Part shown: positions 19,085-27,154 of the stretch, one piece after another
How the letters are laid out: every line of letters begins with the position of its first letter
Position numbering within the stretch: the first letter of the stretch is position 1
Assembly: GCA_003151625.1 (NCBI GenBank)
Contig: PLYC01000021.1
Location: 16,235-80,234, forward strand
Direction of reading: 5' to 3'
DNA: 64,000 bases
Origin: Candidatus Doudnabacteria bacterium
Lineage (GTDB): Bacteria; Patescibacteriota; Doudnabacteria; UBA920
The notes under the pieces: model-generated
The model's input: only the letters and a program-made list of their open reading frames with translations
Database searches by the model: none
Told to the model about the DNA's origin: nothing
Translations under genes and position numbers: made by a program

Positions 19085-19244
19085 GAACCCATTTTAAAAA
19101 TCCTTTGGGCTGCAATTCCAGCATTTTGGCGTCTTGGCCTTAAAAATTTTTCCGCTTAGCTTCGGCTAAACGTCAAAATTTATTAAGAGCCAATCCGCTC
19201 AAAATCCTGAAATTTCGCCTACAAATTATTTTTAAAATGAGTTC
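19085..19244. mobile_element. 160-bp palindromic MITE-like element
   Basis: 17-bp TIR GAACCCATTTTAAAAAT (16/17 match); interior folds as one long imperfect hairpin. Confidence 0.75.
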
Positions 19245-20147
19245 TTAATTATTTTGCACGTAAGCCTGAACAATATAGCTTGTGGTGGAATCAACTGTTT
19301 GCTTGGTATAATCCTGGGAATTTTTGTGGCCGAGAATTTGCAGTTTTGAAGAAAAAAATTCATTTTGCAAACGCATCTGCACGTATTGGCATGCTATTGA
19401 ATCTAAATTGTCAGGCTGGTTTAAAAGGAATAATTGTTCCGGATCCCCGCTTTGTAAAACTTTTACGGTTTGTTCATCATGATTTTCCGCGTTGGTCGCC
19501 GTCAGATAATGAGAAAAGTCCGTACTTTGGACGACTAATGAATTTTTATCCAAAACTTTTTTTAAAGCCTCAACCATTTGTTCCAGTTCCCATTTAGGCG
19601 TAGATTCTTTAAACGTAACGGCAATAATTTTAGCACTGGGAAAATAATATTTAATAAACGGCAATTCGGCGCCCAGCCCGTGCTCCCGATAGAAAAAATT
19701 CTGGACATTTACAAACGGCAGGTTAAGAAATTTTTGCGTCGCCTGTTTGTCGGTGTCCAGGGTGCCAAAAACCGTGGAGAAATCGCTTAAAGAAATTGAA
19801 ATATCCGTTTGGCCCAAATTAAAATGGTCTGGGCTAATTAACAATATTTGATTGGGGCTGCTTGAGGCGGCAAACTTAAAAGCATTAGCAATAAGGTCTG
19901 TGGCCAATAAATGGTGCGGCACGGTTATGCCGGTAACTTTTTCCGTGGTGGGAGTGGCCGTGCTAAAGTTTATTGGGGTTAAAAAAATTGATTCGTCTTC
20001 AAATTGCGGAGGCACGGTCATGGTTTGCAGGGTGCCAAGCGGCGCCGCGTTTGCGCGTACAAATGAATATTTTTGACGCTGCCATAACACTCCGGCCAAT
20101 CCGGCAAGCACAATAAAAAATATAATAAGCGCGAGTTTGAATTTCAT
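19245..20147 (-). CDS. MEMO1/AmmeMemoRadiSam protein B-like, N-terminally anchored
   Basis: VPHH, ISPDH, REHG, QSTDFSHY, TSY motifs. Confidence 0.85.
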   Translation of the reverse strand: MKFKLALIIFFIVLAGLAGVLWQRQKYSFVRANAAPLGTLQTMTVPPQFEDESIFLTPINFSTATPTTEKVTGITVPHHLLATDLIANAFKFAASSSPNQILLISPDHFNLGQTDISISLSDFSTVFGTLDTDKQATQKFLNLPFVNVQNFFYREHGLGAELPFIKYYFPSAKIIAVTFKESTPKWELEQMVEALKKVLDKNSLVVQSTDFSHYLTATNAENHDEQTVKVLQSGDPEQLFLLNQPDNLDSIACQYVQMRLQNEFFSSKLQILGHKNSQDYTKQTVDSTTSYIVQAYVQNN

Positions 20148-20172
20148 TTTGTTTGTAAAGTGCGCGTTTAGC

Positions 20173-20343
20173 TTTATTGAGCTGTGTAGAGCGAGTGAAA
20201 GTCATCCGCCTAAGGCGGATAACCTTCCGAGCCCAAGGAGTCTTAATACAGGTTCAATACCTCGTCCGCCTTAGGCGGACTGCAAAATGCAGTCTGCTCT
20301 TTGGGCTCAATACCTTGGAGTTCTACTCCGAGGAACCTTTATT
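20173..20343 (-). repeat. TAAAGGTTC dispersed structured element, copy 3
   Basis: Aligns with copies 1 and 2; overlaps the TAA stop of the upstream gene. Confidence 0.8.
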
Positions 20344-22795
20344 TCGCGATTAAAGAATCATACCAAAAATTCTTTACCGGTAATTTGTCGGTTTGGTCAT
20401 AAACCCAACCCTTCCAGTCTTCGTCGGTCAGCCTTTGGCCGCCGAGCGGATTGGTAAATTCGTACTGGTTATAGGCCAAACCGGTTACCACTCTCGGAGT
20501 TTTCTCGTTATCGACAATGGCCAGCATCACATACGGCCTGCCATCGGCTTCATAAAGAATTTGGTTTTTTATCGCGTCCGTATGAATGTCGGCAATTAAA
20601 GCCGTTTTGCCGCTGTCCTGATCGGGCTGGGCGGCGGTATCAAACGGCTGAACCATAAACGAGAGCGTTGTGGTTCTTAATTTTTCGTAATCGCTTTCAC
20701 TTATATTTTTACCCTGTGTTTCTTGGTCGGCTAGAGAAGAATAAAATGTGGTAATGTCCTGGAAATTTTGCAGCCGGGCGGAAACCTCGCTGTCGCTAAA
20801 CAATTTATTTTGGCTAAAAACTTGTTTGGTTTGGCTAATTAATTGGCTAAAACGATTCCAAAAATCCATATTCGGTTCCACAAAACCTTTAACTACCGGG
20901 GGCAAAGGCGGATTTTCATCTCCCCCGCCGCCCCTTTCCGCGTAGCTCTGTTTAGCGTAAAGCAGGGTGTCGTGTTTGAGTTCGGTAAATGATCCCAAAA
21001 AAGTCTGGAGCTGTTTGTCCAAAAAAAACGGCTCCTGCATATAGGCGGGATAGGTGGAATTATAGGAGTGGGTCAAAGAGCCGAGCACATAAAGCCAGGC
21101 GCTGCCCATGGAAGCAAACCACTCCCCTTGGGTAACCTTGCCAATGTCTGACTGCTTTTGGGAAAGTTTGGTTAAAAACCCCTGCGTGTCGCTGTCAGTA
21201 AAGCCCGCGTCTTTTTGGAGAAACTCTGTGGTGTACTTTTGCGCCTGCGCGTCGCCAAACGCCGCCGGGACAAACAGCGCCGAAGGAGTAGACGGCAGTT
21301 TTACGTCGGTTTTTTCCTGACCCGCGGTTAAGTCGTTAAGCACCCAGGCGTCAAAACTAAACCTTTGGCCAAAAATTCTAAAAGACAAAGATTGTCTTAA
21401 CAAATCGCTTTTGGTTTCGGAAGAAATATTATTGTCCATCACCACGTCGGATAAAATTTTTGGCAGCCTCACCTGATTTAAATTATCGGCTATTTTTTGG
21501 ATGTCGGCCTGGGCAACCAAATCCGCGTCCGCCGGCTGGTTCGTGCCCAGTACCCGAGTTTCAAAATCCTGCCATTGGGTATAAGTTAAATCATCGCTCT
21601 GACCGGCATAAAAAGCCGTCACTGTCATAATTTTTTGCCACGGATCAACCGGAGTAATGCCAATCTTACTTTTAATCTGAAATTGTTTGGCCAATAAACT
21701 TGAGTCGGTTATGCCCACATCTTTTTGCAAAAAATAACTGCTGCGCCCCAAATACATCATTGTCCGGAAGTAAGCGCGCAAAGCGGAATTTTCCGTATAA
21801 TGGCTGCGCGGGGTGAATTGGGTGTAATCGGTCTGCAGGGTGTCGGAATATTGCGCAAACAACGGCGACTTGCCGACATCACTGGCTTTATAAATAGACT
21901 CCAATTCGGTTTGAACGGCGCTAATAAGATCCGGGGTCAAACCAGCGGAATATTTGGACATGATGGTTTTGGCATTGCCAAAACCATCTATTGTTTGGTC
22001 TTGCTGGTTATAGGCAGTTTCCTGATCCGGGGTCTCAAAAGAAGCGGGCTTTGGCGGGTTTTTATTTTCAAACACAACTCGCGCCACGGTAATTTGAGCC
22101 AGTAAATTTTGATAACGGGTTTTGGTGTAACCGGTATTGCTCTGAACGGCCGTAAGCAAATTGCTGTACAAGCTGTTAAGAAAATCGCCTAGGGACTGTG
22201 CCAGCTCCTTTTGTTCCAGCTGCTGCAAAGTCATATCAAAAAATTTATGGTAAGTATGCAGAACAATATCGGGCGTGACAAATTTAGTATTATCCGGGGT
22301 ACGGTAGTATTCGGAGGGAGCCCCGGTTAAGAAATCAAAATCCGTAAGCATCTCGTCAAAATTATTGCCGTAGTTGGAAGCAAAAGCCGTGTCGGCCGGA
22401 TTAATCAAGACAAAATGATTATCTTCCAAATACTTTTGCTCGGCCGGGGTAAGGTTTAGGCCGTATTTCTCCGCAACCGCCATAAAATTCGGAATGGCTT
22501 TTAAAGCGTCGTCCACCGGATATTGAATGGCGGTTGTGGAAGCAGAATCGGCAACAGGCTGTGAGCTGCTCGCCTGCTGTCCCGCAGGAACCTGATTCAG
22601 GGACGTAGACGTAGGCTTGGCCGGAAAAAATTTAACGGCCAAAATCGCCACGATTATTAAAAACACAACCACCGCCCCAACAATAATATATATAGTGCGT
22701 TTACTTAAGCCGCGCGGTTGCGAATTCTGCGGAGGCATGTCTGGCTGATTGTTTTGCGGGGGCACCGAATTTTGATTTTGGTTATTTGTTTCCAT
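20339..22795 (-). CDS. DUF3160 domain protein, membrane anchored
   Basis: DYTQFTPRSHY, YFRTMMYLGR, GQRF, ELKHDTLLYAKQ, GFVEP, RLTDEDW. Confidence 0.88.
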   Translation of the reverse strand: METNNQNQNSVPPQNNQPDMPPQNSQPRGLSKRTIYIIVGAVVVFLIIVAILAVKFFPAKPTSTSLNQVPAGQQASSSQPVADSASTTAIQYPVDDALKAIPNFMAVAEKYGLNLTPAEQKYLEDNHFVLINPADTAFASNYGNNFDEMLTDFDFLTGAPSEYYRTPDNTKFVTPDIVLHTYHKFFDMTLQQLEQKELAQSLGDFLNSLYSNLLTAVQSNTGYTKTRYQNLLAQITVARVVFENKNPPKPASFETPDQETAYNQQDQTIDGFGNAKTIMSKYSAGLTPDLISAVQTELESIYKASDVGKSPLFAQYSDTLQTDYTQFTPRSHYTENSALRAYFRTMMYLGRSSYFLQKDVGITDSSLLAKQFQIKSKIGITPVDPWQKIMTVTAFYAGQSDDLTYTQWQDFETRVLGTNQPADADLVAQADIQKIADNLNQVRLPKILSDVVMDNNISSETKSDLLRQSLSFRIFGQRFSFDAWVLNDLTAGQEKTDVKLPSTPSALFVPAAFGDAQAQKYTTEFLQKDAGFTDSDTQGFLTKLSQKQSDIGKVTQGEWFASMGSAWLYVLGSLTHSYNSTYPAYMQEPFFLDKQLQTFLGSFTELKHDTLLYAKQSYAERGGGGDENPPLPPVVKGFVEPNMDFWNRFSQLISQTKQVFSQNKLFSDSEVSARLQNFQDITTFYSSLADQETQGKNISESDYEKLRTTTLSFMVQPFDTAAQPDQDSGKTALIADIHTDAIKNQILYEADGRPYVMLAIVDNEKTPRVVTGLAYNQYEFTNPLGGQRLTDEDWKGWVYDQTDKLPVKNFWYDSLIAK

Positions 22796-22845
22796 GGAAA
22801 TTTGTTTTTGGTCTCCGAGATTACATACGGAGGTTAACTATTAAT

Positions 22846-23640
22846 TTATGACAGCAGTGCTCCCCCATCCACAACCACCTGCGTGCCGGTCACATAGCTG
22901 GAAAGGTCAGAGGCCAAAAACAGAGCGGTTTTGCCTATGTCGTCGGGTTCGCCCAGCCGCTTTTGCGGAATTTTGTCTAAAAACTTTTGTGCTTGCGCTT
23001 CCATTTCCTGAGTTTTTGGCTGGCCGGCTCCGGCTCCCGGCGTGCTAATGCCGCCCGGGGCAATGGCATTTACCTGAATATTTTGCGGGGCAAGTTCCAG
23101 CGCCGTATTTTTGGTAAAACCCCACAGCCCGTGTTTGGACGCATCGTAAACCGCCAACCCGACCGAGGAAGGATGCAGCGCGTCTATAGATGTAATATTA
23201 ATAATTTTCCCTCCCCTGTTTTGCTTTATCATAACTTCGGCCGCGGCTTTGGTAAAAAAGAACGCGCTCTTTAGGTTAACGGCCAGGATTTTTTCAAAAT
23301 CCTCCGCCTGCATTTTCATAACCGGGATTACGGGATAAATGCCGGCGTTATTTACTAAAATATCAACACCGCCGAATTTTTTCACGGCAAAGTCCGTGGC
23401 GCTTTTTACTTCCTCTTGCTTGGAGACATCGGTTTTTACAAATGCCGCCTGCCAGCCGGCATTAATCAGCTGTTTGACCGCCGCCTCTCCGGCTTGTTCA
23501 TTTAGGTCCGCAATTACCACTTCTGCGCCGGCTTCGGCTAAACGGTAAGCAATACCATAACCAATTCCCATAGCCCCGCCGGTCACAATGGCCGTCTTTC
23601 CCTTAAGGTTAATGAGTTGCTGTAATGAAGGTAAATTCAT
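22846..23640 (-). CDS. SDR family oxidoreductase
   Basis: TGGAMGIG, NNAG, YDASK. Confidence 0.95.
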   Translation of the reverse strand: MNLPSLQQLINLKGKTAIVTGGAMGIGYGIAYRLAEAGAEVVIADLNEQAGEAAVKQLINAGWQAAFVKTDVSKQEEVKSATDFAVKKFGGVDILVNNAGIYPVIPVMKMQAEDFEKILAVNLKSAFFFTKAAAEVMIKQNRGGKIINITSIDALHPSSVGLAVYDASKHGLWGFTKNTALELAPQNIQVNAIAPGGISTPGAGAGQPKTQEMEAQAQKFLDKIPQKRLGEPDDIGKTALFLASDLSSYVTGTQVVVDGGALLS

Positions 23641-23696
23641 ATCTTAAAATTTAATTATTTAAAAAGATTCCCAAAAAATCCAAAATAAAGTGGGCT

Positions 23697-23757
23697 TTGC
23701 CTGTCCTCCGTAGCCTTGCCTGCCCGCCGAAGCTACAGCGAAGGAGGGGCGAAAGGA
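23697..23757 (+). repeat. Nested CCTGCCCGCCGAAGC-type palindromic repeat
   Basis: gcctgcccgccgaagctacagcgaaggaggg resembles the insert in the riboflavin kinase gene. Confidence 0.6.
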
Positions 23758-23938
23758 AAAAACCTCAAAAATTCTTAACTTCAACATTTTAAGTATACCA
23801 CAAATTAGTCGGCGTCCTCTGTAATCCCCGAACACCTTGAAAAACCTGGGATTTTATGGTAAACTGTGATAAGTTACTTTAAATTTTGAGGATTTTCCAA
23901 TCTTTCAATCTAAAACCTTCAATCTTAAATCTATATAT

Positions 23939-24013
23939 GGCGCTATCATCTAATGGTTAGGATAAGTGGTTTTCATCCACTAAATCGGGGTTCGATTCCC
24001 CGTAGCGCTACCA
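23939..24013 (+). tRNA. tRNA-Glu (TTC)
   Basis: GGCGCTA acceptor, anticodon arm AGTGG-TTTTCAT-CCACT, GGTTCGATTCC T-arm, encoded CCA. Confidence 0.95.
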
Positions 24014-25508
24014 AAGCAGAATTGCCGCCTTCAAGGGCGGTTTTTGCTTGATAGATATAAGAAAGTTTCGGGGTTGTAAAAGTTTGATAATTATAAATGG
24101 GCTTAATTGGAAAAATCATACCCATCAATTTTAATTTTTGCCAGTAGGTAGTTTTAGGCCAGAGTTTTGGCAAGTCGGCTATAAAGTCAAAAACAAAGCT
24201 CACAGTGTCATCAGCGTTAAAGTCCTGGGTCGCGCTGTCGCTAATTTCCAACTGCTTATCCGCCAGTAATTCCTTGACCTTGGCAAATTCAATTTTAAAA
24301 TCCTCATCGGGCAGTAAATCTCTTTTAACCAAATCCAGCAGTTTGGCTTTTTCCTGTTTTAAGTTTTCTATTTCCTTTTTGGCCTGTTCCTGCTGTTGAT
24401 TCTGCTGTTTAAGCCTGTTTTGGCCGACATCGGTTAGCACCTTTTTAAAGGTTTCCATTATTTCTTTGGTGGGCGTAATTTTGGCCAGACACTTGTCAAA
24501 CTCGTCCTCCAAAGTTTTTTTGGTGATGGCTTTTTTAGACGGGCAGTTTTTATTGTAACAGCGGTAGTAATAATACATACTGCCCCAGCGGTTTTCCGAA
24601 GTATGGGCGGTTAAAGGCCGGGAGCATAAGCCGCAGTCAACTTGGTGGCGCAGGGGGAATAACTCATTAGTCCGACTACCGGCGATAATGTCGCCTTTGG
24701 TGAATCGTTTTAAAAGCTTTTGGTTTTTGTAATAAATATCCTCGGTAATGAGCGTGGGGTGAGAACCTTTAAATTCGCCGCGCTTGTTGCAGATGAGGCC
24801 GAAATAAAATTTGTTGGTTAAAATTTTATGCATCAGCTGAAAGGAAATTTCTTTGCCCGAAGGCGAACGCAAGCCCATTTTGTTTACCTTAATCCGTAAT
24901 TCTTCCTGGGTATACATGCCTTTGAAATACTCTTCAAGCAAAAACTTAACAAGGCCAAACCGGGCAGGGTCTAAGATTATGGTTTTGTCGTGCTTGCCGT
25001 GGTTTTGGTTGAGGTAGCCAAAAGGCGCGCGGTGCGGGAAGCGGCCGGACTTAAGGCACTGGATTATGCCGTCGGTAACTCTCTCACTGCGAACATCGTT
25101 ATCAAGCTGGGCAATGCTAGCCATCATATTTCCCATAAACTTGCCAAAGGAATTTTCGCCAATGGCTTCGGTGGTGGAAATTAACTGGACGCTGATTTTA
25201 TCCAGCAGGCTTTTTATGGCCGAGTAGTCGTTGACGTTGCGGGACAGGCGGTCAACTTTGTTGACGATGACAAAGCTGATTTTGTTTTTCTTGTCGGCGA
25301 CAAACTTAAGCATAGCCTGGAGTCCGGGGCGGTCTGCGGTCTTGGCAGATTCGCCCTCATCGGAAAAAAGCTTAATGGCCTTAATGCCTTTGTCCTGTGC
25401 GTATTTTAAGCAGGCTTCTTTTTGGTTTCCGAGGCTAAAGCCGTCCACTTGGTCGGCGGTGGATACGCGGTAATAAATCACTCCCAGTTTTTGGTTTTCT
25501 TGGTTCAT
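23973..25508 (-). CDS. Large serine recombinase (integrase); 3' end reads through the tRNA antisense
   Basis: YYRVST..Q catalytic Ser, DRLSR, recombinase domain, Zn ribbon (CGLC...YYRC...C), coiled coil. Confidence 0.95.
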   Translation of the reverse strand: MNQENQKLGVIYYRVSTADQVDGFSLGNQKEACLKYAQDKGIKAIKLFSDEGESAKTADRPGLQAMLKFVADKKNKISFVIVNKVDRLSRNVNDYSAIKSLLDKISVQLISTTEAIGENSFGKFMGNMMASIAQLDNDVRSERVTDGIIQCLKSGRFPHRAPFGYLNQNHGKHDKTIILDPARFGLVKFLLEEYFKGMYTQEELRIKVNKMGLRSPSGKEISFQLMHKILTNKFYFGLICNKRGEFKGSHPTLITEDIYYKNQKLLKRFTKGDIIAGSRTNELFPLRHQVDCGLCSRPLTAHTSENRWGSMYYYYRCYNKNCPSKKAITKKTLEDEFDKCLAKITPTKEIMETFKKVLTDVGQNRLKQQNQQQEQAKKEIENLKQEKAKLLDLVKRDLLPDEDFKIEFAKVKELLADKQLEISDSATQDFNADDTVSFVFDFIADLPKLWPKTTYWQKLKLMGMIFPIKPIYNYQTFTTPKLSYIYQAKTALEGGNSALVALRGIEPRFSG

Positions 25509-25561
25509 AAAATTATTTTAAAATTAAGAATCTTCGGTCAAAATATTATACACCCGAAAAC

Positions 25562-25720
25562 TCATCCGGCAAAATTATTTTGCCTTTTTTCCTTGGCCCA
25601 CAGGTCAAAACCGATTTCAGCCAACTGATACATATCCTGCCGGAGCTGTTCCAGTTCTTCCCGGGTGAACCTGTTGCCGTAATCCCCAAGCGAATTTTTA
25701 AAATCATCCAGGGAAATCAT
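25562..25720 (-). CDS. 52-aa protein upstream of the integrase (not in ORF track)
   Basis: MISLDDFKNSLGDYGNRFTREELEQLRQDMYQLAEIGFDLWAKEKRQNNFAG; helical, same strand as the integrase. Confidence 0.65.
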   Translation of the reverse strand: MISLDDFKNSLGDYGNRFTREELEQLRQDMYQLAEIGFDLWAKEKRQNNFAG

Positions 25721-25737
25721 GGCTAAATTTTGTAATG

Positions 25738-25913
25738 TTTAAAAGCATTGAATTTATTGGTAAATTTTCTTAATTCTCTAGTTAAGAGGTATATATCAAG
25801 TCAATGGAAATTAAAAAATATAATTATTTGGCCAAGAAACCTTGAAATTTAAAATCATTGAATTTATTAAGGAATTTTATTTATTTCCAAGATATGAGGT
25901 ATAGATCAAGTCA
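25738..25913. repeat. Two ~66-bp imperfect direct repeats with a 110-bp period
   Basis: tttaaaa.cattgaatttatt...gaggtata.atcaagtca at 25738 and 25848. Confidence 0.8.
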
Positions 25914-26247
25914 GCAAAAACATTAAGGTTTTAGTTGTTATGGTAATATGTTATCGCTTAGTAACAAGCTTACGGCCGCGCCCCTGCGGGGCGGCGGCCT
26001 GCGCCGTTGTCCCACTGGCCGCTTTGCTGGCCGTGGGACACGGCGTCTCAAGGTTGGATCTGGAAAATTGCGGTTAAATCAGCCGGGCAGTCAGGGCAGG
26101 TTCAGAGGGAAATTAGGCAGTAAACTTAAATGTTTGTCAAAGTCAAAATGGGGGCAAAATTAAAAAACAATCTTCACTACTTGAAGATTATCGTTTAGGT
26201 CAAAAACAAACAAAGAGTTAAGCGTGCTACATAAGAATTCTTCTGTG

Positions 26248-26991
26248 CTACACTTCTTTTCGCATATTGGAGATTATTTTGTTAACGGTTCCCTCATCTA
26301 AAAACTCGCCAGTTTGTTTCCGGACGGCTCTGCGTATCTCTATTCGGGGCAAATCCCGCAAAGACCAGATAAGCTGGTTGCGCTTGGTAACGGCCGGGTC
26401 TTTGACTCTTAATTTGCCGAGCTTAATTTTAGGGTTTTGGTATTTGAGTTGTAACGGGTGGATGCTTGTCTTAAACTCTTTGGTAATAAAGTCCCTAATA
26501 ACGCGTTCTGAAGCGTAGGGGCTGATTTTAATGGCTAAGGGATAAGCGGCTAATTCGTTGTCTATGTGGGTTTTACCGTATTTATGTTTGGGCTTTTGTT
26601 TTAAGTCCGAGACTTTGCAAAGGCCTAAATTTTCGTCTTCCAGGTAAGTAATAAAATCCAAATCGTGAAAGATATGATACCAAATGGCGTAGGCAAAGCT
26701 ATTATTAAGCGCGTACTTTTTTATGAATTTTTCCCGAATTTCTTTTTCTATCTGTTCGGTCTTCTCATACAGAAAAGCCTCGCCTTCTAGAGATACGGGA
26801 TAAAATCGGGGCTTTACAGGCTTATCTTCCGGATTATCCGAACTAAGATATTCCGCCGGCACCACCTTGTCCGGCATATACTTGGCCCGCATTTCCCAAA
26901 CAGCATCGTTAAAATCCTGCTTTGCGGAAACTTCGTAAAAATATTCCAAGGCTTTTTTACGGCTTTCGGAGGGTTGTTTTTGTTTTGGCAT
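26248..26991 (-). CDS. Hypothetical protein, possible C-terminal HTH
   Basis: 247-aa ORF ending in basic helices (RNQLIW...EIRR...TVNKIIS). Confidence 0.7.
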   Translation of the reverse strand: MPKQKQPSESRKKALEYFYEVSAKQDFNDAVWEMRAKYMPDKVVPAEYLSSDNPEDKPVKPRFYPVSLEGEAFLYEKTEQIEKEIREKFIKKYALNNSFAYAIWYHIFHDLDFITYLEDENLGLCKVSDLKQKPKHKYGKTHIDNELAAYPLAIKISPYASERVIRDFITKEFKTSIHPLQLKYQNPKIKLGKLRVKDPAVTKRNQLIWSLRDLPRIEIRRAVRKQTGEFLDEGTVNKIISNMRKEV

Positions 26992-26994
26992 AAT

Positions 26995-27147
26995 TTATAA
27001 ATCTAAATCGTCAACATCAATACCCAAAGCTTCCATTCGGTTTAAGGCCTCATCCGGGTCATCCTGAAATTGCTCGGCCAGTTCTTCCTTTAAGCCGTCC
27101 TCGTCCAATTCCATTCTGATTTCGTCTTCCAAATCTTCAAGAGGCAT
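26995..27147 (-). CDS. 50-aa highly acidic protein (not in ORF track)
   Basis: MPLEDLEDEIRMELDEDGLKEELAEQFQDDPDEALNRMEALGIDVDDLDL; fills the gap between hsdR and the next ORF. Confidence 0.7.
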   Translation of the reverse strand: MPLEDLEDEIRMELDEDGLKEELAEQFQDDPDEALNRMEALGIDVDDLDL

Positions 27148-27154
27148 AAAATAA

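Noticed and set aside
23763-23892. Inverted symmetry CCTCAAAATT/AATTTTGAGG upstream of the tRNA
   Set aside because: Short and AT-rich; explainable as divergent promoters for the SDR gene and the tRNA
25948-26163. 71-aa Gly/Arg-rich ORF
   Set aside because: It overlaps GC-rich hairpins, and its composition reflects DNA structure rather than coding
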